From: a virus | Taxonomy: Duplodnaviria; Caudoviricetes | IMG/VR virus record: IMGVR_UViG_3300048890_000142 | Span: 1-64,000 of that record | Direction: 5' to 3' (one strand) | Length of the DNA stretch: 64,000 bases | Shown here: one piece after another, positions 26,421-35,346 of the stretch | Numbering within the stretch: the first letter of the stretch is position 1 | Layout of the letters: each line of letters opens with the position of its first letter | Notes under the pieces: generated by a model | Databases searched by the model: none | Told to the model about the DNA's origin: nothing | What the model saw: the letters and a program-made list of their open reading frames with translations, nothing else | Translations under genes and position numbers: made by a program

Positions 26421-27118
26421 CGATCGAGGAGGACCCGACTTGGACGATCCTGGTTCCCACGCTCCAGCGGCGCGAGAACCGATTCGCGGTCCTGCGCGAC
26501 GAGCTGCTGCGCCAGACCGAACCCTACGGCGGACGCGTCCGCGTCTGCGCGTTGTGGAACCGCGGCCAGCGCGCCCTCGGCGAGCTGCGCCAGGCCCTGG
26601 TCACCTACGTGCTCAGCGATTACGTGTCCTTCGTCGACGACGACGACGAGGTGCCGGCCTACTTCGTCGAGGAGGTCGTCCGCGCGCTGGAGTCCTGGCC
26701 CGATCAGGTCGGCTGGCGGATGCAGTGCATCCGGGACGGCGCCATGTTGAAGCCCACCTTCCACAGCGTCAAGTACGGCTCCTGGTGTGAGGACGACGCG
26801 GGTTACTACCGAGACGTCAGCCACCTGAACCCGGTGCGCCGGGACCTCGCGATCAAGTGCGACTTCCGGGAGGGCAGTCCTCCGGAGGACGTGGCCTGGG
26901 TCAAGCAGATGCGCGGTCTGGTTCGGACCGAGCAGATGGTGCCCGACAGGATCATGTACTACTACCGATCGTCGTCCGCCGACAGTACCTGGCAACTGGG
27001 TAGCGTGGCCCCACCGACCGCCGAGGAGCTCGAGTCGGAACCACCTTACGTCGCCCACCGCGACTTCTTCTACCACCCGTGGTCCTACGGCCCGAACACC
27101 TGGGAGTCCCGTGTCTGA
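26417..27118 (+). CDS. Glycosyltransferase family 2 (GT-A)
   Basis: ILVPTL, YVSFVDDDD, PEDVAW. Confidence 0.85.
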   Translation: MTIEEDPTWTILVPTLQRRENRFAVLRDELLRQTEPYGGRVRVCALWNRGQRALGELRQALVTYVLSDYVSFVDDDDEVPAYFVEEVVRALESWPDQVGWRMQCIRDGAMLKPTFHSVKYGSWCEDDAGYYRDVSHLNPVRRDLAIKCDFREGSPPEDVAWVKQMRGLVRTEQMVPDRIMYYYRSSSADSTWQLGSVAPPTAEELESEPPYVAHRDFFYHPWSYGPNTWESRV

Positions 27119-28070
27119 TCGAGTTCTCATCACCGGCGTCACCGGCTTCGTGGGCAGTCACGTCCTCGAGCACCAGCTGCGGATACCGGATCCGCCGTGC
27201 GTCGTCGGCGTCGGATCGTTCCGGAGCAACGGCACCGCCGACCGGGTCCTGGACGCCCTGTCGGGTCACCGTGACCTCTGCTACACGCAGCTCACGCACG
27301 ACCTGACCGTGCCGATGTCCCCGCTTCAGCTACTTCAGCTGAACGGGGTGAACAGGATCGTCCACGTCGCCTCGCGCTGCTCGGTCGACGAGAGCATCCG
27401 GGACTCCGAGTCGTTCGTGCGCAACAACGTCGATCTACAGCTCACCGTACTGGAACTCGCACGAGAGCTCGGGGTGCACCGGTTCGTCCACCTCTCCACC
27501 GACGAGGTGTACGGGCCGTACTCGCCGAGCACCCTCAACGACCACCGTCCGTCGAGCCCGTACTCCGCGTCCAAGGCCGCTCAACTGGACCTGTGTTCCG
27601 CCTGGGCGACGACCTTCGGTGTCCCGGTCTCCGTGCTCACCAGCGTGAACATGTTCGGCGAGAGGCAGAGTCAGCTCGCGTTCGTCCCCCGCCTGGTGCG
27701 CCTGATGCTGGCCGGCGAGCCGGTCACCGTGCACCTCAGCGACGGCGTACCCGGCGGTCGCAACTACGTCTACGTCGGGGACGTGGCCCGACGACTCGTC
27801 GAGCTGTCCGAATCGCGGTCGGACGGAGCGGATCACCGGGTGGTCTTCGGCGCGGCCTTCGTCGACAACCTTGACCTTGCCCAACGGGTGGCCAAGATCT
27901 TGGACGTCGAGCCGAAGATCGATCTCGCAGAGGCCTCGGTCTCTCGCCCCGGCTACGACCACTCTTACGGCCTCGGCGGCGACTACAGCGTCGATTCCCT
28001 CACTCCGTTTGACTCTGCGCTACAGCGTACGGTCGAGTGGTTCGCGGAGCATCCCAAGTGGCTGGCGTAG
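27111..28070 (+). CDS. NDP-glucose 4,6-dehydratase (RmlB-like SDR)
   Basis: GVTGFVG, STDEVYG and YSASK all intact. Confidence 0.85.
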   Translation: MSDRVLITGVTGFVGSHVLEHQLRIPDPPCVVGVGSFRSNGTADRVLDALSGHRDLCYTQLTHDLTVPMSPLQLLQLNGVNRIVHVASRCSVDESIRDSESFVRNNVDLQLTVLELARELGVHRFVHLSTDEVYGPYSPSTLNDHRPSSPYSASKAAQLDLCSAWATTFGVPVSVLTSVNMFGERQSQLAFVPRLVRLMLAGEPVTVHLSDGVPGGRNYVYVGDVARRLVELSESRSDGADHRVVFGAAFVDNLDLAQRVAKILDVEPKIDLAEASVSRPGYDHSYGLGGDYSVDSLTPFDSALQRTVEWFAEHPKWLA

Positions 28071-28606
28071 ACGTCGACTGGCGCGAGATCTACGACTGGG
28101 CCGGCCTTCAGGTTCGCCAGTTGATCACGATGCATCACGACCCGGCCGAGACCGTGCTACTGGACGTCGGCGCCGGCCAGGGGAAATACGCTCGACTATT
28201 GCCGGAGTACCGGGACATCGACGCGATTGAGGTCTGGGAACCCAGCGTCGACCGCTACGCCCTCCGCGACATCTATCGGATGGTGCACGTAGCCGACGTA
28301 TCGGACATGGTCCGTAGGCCCAACTGGACTCAGCTCTACCAGGTAGGGATCCTCGGCGACGTCCTGGAACACATCGCGGTCGCGGAAGCTGACTACGCGC
28401 TGCGCTGCCTGGCGGCACGCTGCGCGACCCTCCTCGTCGTCGTCCCCTACCTATACCCGCAGGGAGCGGAGGACGGCAACGAGCACCAGCGCCACCTGCA
28501 GGACGACCTGACCCCCGAGGTGATGGTTGTCCGTTACCCTCACCTCAAGTTGATCGCGCTCGAGACCCGCGACGGGCGACCGTTCAAGGGGCTCTACCGA
28601 GGGTAG
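28058..28606 (+). CDS. Class I SAM-dependent methyltransferase
   Basis: LLDVGAGQG, GDVLEH. Confidence 0.85.
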   Translation: MAGVDVDWREIYDWAGLQVRQLITMHHDPAETVLLDVGAGQGKYARLLPEYRDIDAIEVWEPSVDRYALRDIYRMVHVADVSDMVRRPNWTQLYQVGILGDVLEHIAVAEADYALRCLAARCATLLVVVPYLYPQGAEDGNEHQRHLQDDLTPEVMVVRYPHLKLIALETRDGRPFKGLYRG

Positions 28607-28618
28607 GAGGGACGCCCC

Positions 28619-29848
28619 ATGGCGAACGTCGGCTGGGTCGGGCTGGGCAAGCTGGGGGCGCCGTGCGCCGCCGCCCTCCAGCACTACGGCGAGCACGTCG
28701 TCCACGGCTACGACCTGCGCGGGACCGACCCGGGCGACTACTCCTGGTCTGACCTGAAGCCGGTCGAGCTCGTCGAGTCGATCGGTGACGTGGTGAAGCT
28801 CACCGACGAGGTCGTCTACGTCGCGGTCCAGACTCCCCACGCGCCGTTGTACGGCGGCGACCGGGTGACCCCGGAGCAGCTACTCGACTTCGAGTACGCC
28901 TACCTCGTCAACGCCGTCCGCGAGGTGTGCCTCGCGGCCAGGACTCAGCGCAAGCACGTCACGATCGCGGTCGTGTCGACCGTTCTTCCGGGCACCTTCA
29001 GCCGGTACCTGCGCCAACTGGCCGACGAGTACGCCACTTTCGTCTATCATCCGTTCTTCATCGCCATGGGTACCGAGGTGGACGACTTCGTCCGGCCGGA
29101 GATGGTCATCTACGGGACCGATCGCGACGGAGACCACGGGGTCGTCGACGAGCTGTACTCCCGCGTGCACGACGCTCCCGTCGCGAGCATGTCGATCGAC
29201 AGCGCCGAGCTCGCGAAGGTCGCCTACAACACCTTCATCACGGTGAAGATCGTGTTCGCGAACTCCCTCATGGAATTGTGCGAGGGCACCGGCGCGGACG
29301 TCGACGAGGTCACGGACGCGCTGGTCATGGGGACCCAGAGGATCACCTCCGGGCGGTACATGCGAGCCGGGATGGGAGACGGCGGAGGTTGCCACCCCCG
29401 AGACAACATCGCGCTCGCGACGCTGGGAGAGCGCCTGGGTGTCTCGACGGCCCTGAACGACTTCCTGATCCGTGCTCGGGAGGCCCAGACCAGTTGGATC
29501 GCCGACTTCGCGGTGCGCTGGACCCAACAGACCGACATGTCCGCGGTCGTACTGGGGCTGACCTACAAGCCGGACGTCCCGCTCACGGACGGCTCGCCGG
29601 CCCTCCTGCTGGTCTCGCTCCTCGAGGAGCGCGGCGTCGGCGTGAACGTCTACGACCCGCTCCTGAACAGGGAGGAGTCGCTCCAGCACTTCCTCGACCG
29701 GTTCGGTCCCCGGGTCTACGTGATCGGTACCGAGCACGCCCAGCTCCTCCGCCAGGCGTACCCCGCCGGCAGTGTGGTCATCGACCCGTTCGGTACCGTC
29801 ACCCGGTTCCCGGGCGTCACCTACGTCACCCCGGGTCGGAAGGGGTAG
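28619..29848 (+). CDS. UDP-glucose/GDP-mannose 6-dehydrogenase family
   Basis: GLGKLG, AELAKVAYN, GGGCHPRD (catalytic Cys), LGLTYKP. Confidence 0.9.
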   Translation: MANVGWVGLGKLGAPCAAALQHYGEHVVHGYDLRGTDPGDYSWSDLKPVELVESIGDVVKLTDEVVYVAVQTPHAPLYGGDRVTPEQLLDFEYAYLVNAVREVCLAARTQRKHVTIAVVSTVLPGTFSRYLRQLADEYATFVYHPFFIAMGTEVDDFVRPEMVIYGTDRDGDHGVVDELYSRVHDAPVASMSIDSAELAKVAYNTFITVKIVFANSLMELCEGTGADVDEVTDALVMGTQRITSGRYMRAGMGDGGGCHPRDNIALATLGERLGVSTALNDFLIRAREAQTSWIADFAVRWTQQTDMSAVVLGLTYKPDVPLTDGSPALLLVSLLEERGVGVNVYDPLLNREESLQHFLDRFGPRVYVIGTEHAQLLRQAYPAGSVVIDPFGTVTRFPGVTYVTPGRKG

Positions 29849-29856
29849 TCGAGCTC

Positions 29857-30006
29857 GTGTGGGACGTCGTCGCCTCGGTCCTGTGGTTCGGGGCGTTCTT
29901 GACCTGCGTCGCGGTCTTGACACGTTACGTTCGGCGCTCTCGGACGCATACGCGCAACCGAGACCACGGGCTCGACGTGATCAGAGGTCGGCGAGACGTG
30001 ACCTAG
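29857..30006 (+). CDS. Small membrane peptide
   Basis: TM segment plus basic tail filling the gap before terL. Confidence 0.35.
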   Translation: MWDVVASVLWFGAFLTCVAVLTRYVRRSRTHTRNRDHGLDVIRGRRDVT

Positions 30007-30016
30007 ACTCAGCTCC

Positions 30017-31381
30017 GTGAACGGTGACCAGGTGGACGTGGGGCAGCTCGCCGCCGCCGTCGCCCGTCACCTGGAGATGTACCAGCTCCGGCCGGCCACC
30101 TGGCGTCCTCAGCCGCACCAGATTCCCCCGCCTGGCAACTGGTACGGCTGGCTGCTCAACGCCGGTCGTGGGGCCGGTAAGACGGCCGCTGCCGCGCGCT
30201 ACGTCTCCGCCCACGTGCACGGACCGCCCTGCCTGCCCGGACCGGTCCCGCACTGGGTCGGCATCATCGCCCCGACGCTCGGCGACGGCGTCACCGCCTG
30301 CTTCCAGGGACCCTCGGGTCTGGGCTCCTTCGACGAGAACGCGCGACTGCTGCAGACCACCGGCGGCACAGTGGTGCGTTGGCAGAACGGGTCCCAGGCC
30401 AAGATGTTCGGCGCGCATTCTCAGGAGGATGTAGAACGCTTGCGTGCAGGGGGGAACACATGTTTGATATGGGCGGAAGAGCTGGCCGCTTGGCGCTACC
30501 TCGACGCGAGCTGGCAGCAGATGCGCTTCGGCTTGCGCAGCGGTCCCCGACCGCACTGGGTGGCCAGTACCACCCCGAAGCCGCGCGCCCTGATCAAGAA
30601 GCTGATCAAGCAGACTCCGCATAACGTCGTCGTCACGCACGCCACCACCGACGACAACCCGCACCTGGAGGCGCACGTCCGCGCCGCCCTGGACGAGGAG
30701 TACGGCGGCCTGCAGATCGGTCAGCAGGAGCTCTACGCCGAGATCCTCGAGCAGGACGTGCACGCCCTCTGGCAGCGCGAGGACCTCAACGAGCACCGGC
30801 TCAAGGAGGCCCCGCCGCTGGTCCGGATCACCGTCGGGGTCGACCCGTCCGGCGGCGCCGGCGAGCAGGGCATCGTCGTCGCCGGCAAGGCCTTCGAGGA
30901 CTCCATCGCCAACGGGAAGGCCCAGCGCCTTGCCCACGGCTACGTGCTTGCCGACCAGACCTGCAGCCTCTCTCCGGACGGGTGGGGGCGCCGCGCCGTG
31001 CAGGCCGCCGTCGACTGGGAGGCCGACGACATCGTCGTAGAGATCAACTTCGGCGGTGACATGGCGATCTCCACGATCGCCGGCGCGGCCGAGGTCATGG
31101 GCATCTCGATCCCGATCCGGCAGACTCGGGCCTCCCGCGGCAAGCGCGTGCGAGCAGAGCCGGTCTCCGTCCTGTCTGCGCGCGGGCGCTGGCATCACGT
31201 CGGACGCTACGAGCAGCTCGAGGACCAGCTCTGCACCTGGGTTCCTGACCAGGCCGACTATTCCCCCGACCGGCTGGACGCCATGGTCTGGACCGGTTGG
31301 CACCAGCGGTTGGTCGGGACCTCATTACGAGCCCCCGGCAACTTCGGCGGCTTGGCCATCGTCCGTTCGATCATCTCGTAA
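30017..31381 (+). CDS. terL: Terminase large subunit
   Basis: AGRGAGKT Walker A, IWAEE Walker B, VGVDP and DRLDA nuclease motifs. Confidence 0.95.
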   Translation: MNGDQVDVGQLAAAVARHLEMYQLRPATWRPQPHQIPPPGNWYGWLLNAGRGAGKTAAAARYVSAHVHGPPCLPGPVPHWVGIIAPTLGDGVTACFQGPSGLGSFDENARLLQTTGGTVVRWQNGSQAKMFGAHSQEDVERLRAGGNTCLIWAEELAAWRYLDASWQQMRFGLRSGPRPHWVASTTPKPRALIKKLIKQTPHNVVVTHATTDDNPHLEAHVRAALDEEYGGLQIGQQELYAEILEQDVHALWQREDLNEHRLKEAPPLVRITVGVDPSGGAGEQGIVVAGKAFEDSIANGKAQRLAHGYVLADQTCSLSPDGWGRRAVQAAVDWEADDIVVEINFGGDMAISTIAGAAEVMGISIPIRQTRASRGKRVRAEPVSVLSARGRWHHVGRYEQLEDQLCTWVPDQADYSPDRLDAMVWTGWHQRLVGTSLRAPGNFGGLAIVRSIIS

Positions 31382-31410
31382 GGACGCCGACGTGAGAGGA
31401 GGTACGGTGA

Positions 31411-32429
<1,019 letters not shown>

Positions 32430-32437
32430 GGTCCAAC

Positions 32438-32905
32438 ATGGCCGGAGGCACCCCCCGCAGTACCTCGAGTCGCGCTAAGGCGTCCGACCAGGAGCCCGAG
32501 CCGAGGGTCGCGCCGACTACTCCCTCCGGAGTCTCTCCCCGACCCGTCACCGAGATCGAGCTCACGGTCGTCGACGCACCCAAGCTCGAGCTCCAGGAAG
32601 ACGCGACACCGGACGATTCCGCGTCTCCGGAGCAGGGGCCGACGCCCGAGAGGCTCCCTCGCCTCAACGAGCGACTCAGCCCCATCAACATCATGAACTC
32701 CATCAACGACGGCTACCCCTCTCGCGCCGTCGCATTCATCCAGGGCGCCCTCGCCGGCACCGGACACGACCCCGGCCCCTTCGACGGGGTCGGCGGTCAG
32801 AAGACCAGGAATGCGCTGACCGAGTTCGCCGCGACACGCGGTCTCGAGTTGAACGACCTGGACTCCCTCGCCAGGGTGCTCGACGAGCTCGGCTTCGACG
32901 TCTGA
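32438..32905 (+). CDS. Peptidoglycan-binding domain protein without catalytic domain
   Basis: IQGALAGTGHDPGPFDGVGGQKTRNALTEF (PG_binding_1-like); disordered N-half. Confidence 0.7.
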   Translation: MAGGTPRSTSSRAKASDQEPEPRVAPTTPSGVSPRPVTEIELTVVDAPKLELQEDATPDDSASPEQGPTPERLPRLNERLSPINIMNSINDGYPSRAVAFIQGALAGTGHDPGPFDGVGGQKTRNALTEFAATRGLELNDLDSLARVLDELGFDV

Positions 32906-32929
32906 CCAGCACGACCGAAGGAGTACGAC

Positions 32930-33169
32930 GTGAACGACTACCTGACCGCGGCCTTCTGGAAGGGCGCCCTCGACAGAGCCGTCAAGTCCGTCGCGCAGAC
33001 CCTGCTCCTGCTGTGGGGCGCGGATGGAGCCGTCCACATCCTGCACGTCGACTGGAGCGCCGCGCTCGAGGTCGGCGCCGGCGCCGCCGTCCTCTCCCTG
33101 CTCACGTCGCTGCTTTCTAGCACGACCGGGGACAAGGGCACCACGTCCATGATCCCCGGCGCGAAGTAG
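32930..33169 (+). CDS. Holin (r1t-type)
   Basis: FWKGALDRAVKSVAQT...VDW...AAVLSLLTS. Confidence 0.85.
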   Translation: MNDYLTAAFWKGALDRAVKSVAQTLLLLWGADGAVHILHVDWSAALEVGAGAAVLSLLTSLLSSTTGDKGTTSMIPGAK

Positions 33170-33176
33170 CCGCGAC

Positions 33177-33518
33177 GTGTCCCTCCCGCTCCTCCTGCTC
33201 TTGATGACGCTCGCGACCTACCGGATCACCCGGCTGGTCGTCGAGGACACCTTCCCGCCCGTGGCCTGGGTCCGCGAGCGCCTCACCGGGCACGAGCCCA
33301 CGGTCTCGGAGCCCTACCGAGTGGACCGGTGGCGACTGATCCCCGCGTGGGTCGGAGAGCTCGTGTCGTGCTGCTGGTGCACGTCGGTATGGGTGGCCGC
33401 CGGCGTCGTCGGAGCAGTCGATCTTACGGTGGGGCTACCGTTACCCTTACTCGCGTGGGGCGCGGTCGCCGCCGCCGCCGCGTGGACGTCCCACCTCGAG
33501 GAGTTCTTCGTCCGTTAG
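33177..33518 (+). CDS. DUF1360-like membrane protein
   Basis: LATYRITRLVVEDTFPP...ELVSCCWCTSVW. Confidence 0.75.
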   Translation: MSLPLLLLLMTLATYRITRLVVEDTFPPVAWVRERLTGHEPTVSEPYRVDRWRLIPAWVGELVSCCWCTSVWVAAGVVGAVDLTVGLPLPLLAWGAVAAAAAWTSHLEEFFVR

Positions 33519-33528
33519 GGAGGCTACC

Positions 33529-35346
33529 GTGGCGTGGCGCCTGCTCGGACCCCGCTGGACGAAGACGCGACGCCCCGTATCGCCGACTCCACCGGCCCCA
33601 CCCGAGGTCCTCACCTCCGCCGCACTGATCACCAGCGCGGTGAAGGCCGGTCAGCGCGTCCTCGTCCCGACCTACGTCAACTGGCAGCGCGAACTCTGGA
33701 CCTACTTCGAGGAAGTGGGTGAGTTCAGCACCACCGTGAGTTGGCGCTCCGGCATGATGTCCCGAGTCCGGCTCCGTGCGGCGCGCATGCAGCCCAACAC
33801 CGACGAGCCCAAGATCGTGGACAGCGGTCCCGCGGCCGACCTGGTCAACGAGCTCTTCGGCGGCATCAACGGCCAGGCCGAGGGCATGCGGACCCTGACC
33901 ACACTGCTCGACGTCTGTGCCGAGGCATGGCTCGTAGGGGAGACCATCGGAGGTCGGGAGACTTGGCAGGTCCGCTCCACGGACGAGATCCGCGCCGGGC
34001 ATTCCCGAGGTAGCAACTACGAAATCGTCGACGACGCCGAGTCCAGCGAGGGGCACCTGGTGTGGCGTCCGCTGGTCGCCGAGCACTTGGTCGCCCGGAT
34101 CTGGAATCCGCATCCCCGGATCCGGCATCTCCCGCATGCCCCGGCGAAGGCCGCGCGCTCGGCGCTGCGCGAACTGAGCCTGGTCAACCGGCACATCCAG
34201 GCCCAGTACCTCTCCCGGCTCGCCTCGGCCGGCATCATCGTCCTGCCGGACGAGATCACCTTCCCGGTGCGCCCGGAGTTCGAGGACGCCCCAGACCCCT
34301 TCATCGCGGAGTGGATCGAGACCGCGAAGCAGGCCATCCAGACCCCGGGGACGGCGGCCGCGGCCGTTCCGATCCCGATGCGGGTTCCGGGCGAGTACGT
34401 CGACAAGGTCAAGCACCTCGACTTCACCCTCAAGCTCGACGACAAGATCATCGAGAAGCGCGACTCGGCGCGCCACCAGCTGGCCACCCAGCTCAACGTC
34501 CCGGCCGACTTGCTTTTCGACACCAGCAAGGTCAATCACTGGGGCCTCTGGCAGCTCGAGGACGTGGCGATCAAGGCTTACATCGCTCCCGACGCTGAGG
34601 TCATCTGCGGGGGTCTGACCACCAGCTACCTGCACCCGCGACTGCGCGCCGCGGGCGTCGAGGACTGGGCGCAGTGGATCGTCTGGTATGACACATCCGA
34701 GATCCAGGTGCGTCCCGATCGGTCGGCCAACGCGCTCAAGGCCTACCAGTCCCTGGAGATATCCGGCAAGGCGCTGCGACGCGAGACCGGGTTCGACGAG
34801 GACGACGCTCCTACCGACGAGGAGCTCACCCAGATGGCGCTCCGTCGACTCGCGGTCAACCCGCAGGTCGGGTTCCTCGCGCTCCAGGGGCTCACCGGCT
34901 TCCAGCCCTTGGGCGGTGCCGCGCCGGCACCCGGAGCGGAGACCCCGCCCAACAAGGTCACGCCCGAACCGCGCCCGGTCGAGCACGTCGACCCGGGCGC
35001 GCCCCCGGTCAGTAGGGACGAGGAACCTCAGGCACCGGGCAAGCGACTCAACGGGTCGGTCCGCGACGCGCTCGTCGTGCTCCAGGCCAACACCGATCAC
35101 GTCATCGAGTTCAGCGTCGCAGGCTGGAAGCTGCGACACCCCCTGCTGTGCCAGGAGCACGTCTTCTCCTGCCCGTTCACGCACGTCACCTCGCAGGGCG
35201 TGACCGTGCACCCCGGTACCCTCGGCAGCTACGAGTGCCGCATGTCCGCCACCGGCGAGCTGGTCATCGGATCTCGGGTCTTCCCGCGCCAGACCGACAC
35301 CATCGAGGGGACTCCGAGGGCGGTGAACGGTGCCCGACACCACTGA
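33529..35346 (+). CDS. Portal protein
   Basis: Position after terL, size, WRSGMMSRVRL / NHWGLW / VWYDTS pattern of actinophage portals. Confidence 0.8.
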   Translation: MAWRLLGPRWTKTRRPVSPTPPAPPEVLTSAALITSAVKAGQRVLVPTYVNWQRELWTYFEEVGEFSTTVSWRSGMMSRVRLRAARMQPNTDEPKIVDSGPAADLVNELFGGINGQAEGMRTLTTLLDVCAEAWLVGETIGGRETWQVRSTDEIRAGHSRGSNYEIVDDAESSEGHLVWRPLVAEHLVARIWNPHPRIRHLPHAPAKAARSALRELSLVNRHIQAQYLSRLASAGIIVLPDEITFPVRPEFEDAPDPFIAEWIETAKQAIQTPGTAAAAVPIPMRVPGEYVDKVKHLDFTLKLDDKIIEKRDSARHQLATQLNVPADLLFDTSKVNHWGLWQLEDVAIKAYIAPDAEVICGGLTTSYLHPRLRAAGVEDWAQWIVWYDTSEIQVRPDRSANALKAYQSLEISGKALRRETGFDEDDAPTDEELTQMALRRLAVNPQVGFLALQGLTGFQPLGGAAPAPGAETPPNKVTPEPRPVEHVDPGAPPVSRDEEPQAPGKRLNGSVRDALVVLQANTDHVIEFSVAGWKLRHPLLCQEHVFSCPFTHVTSQGVTVHPGTLGSYECRMSATGELVIGSRVFPRQTDTIEGTPRAVNGARHH

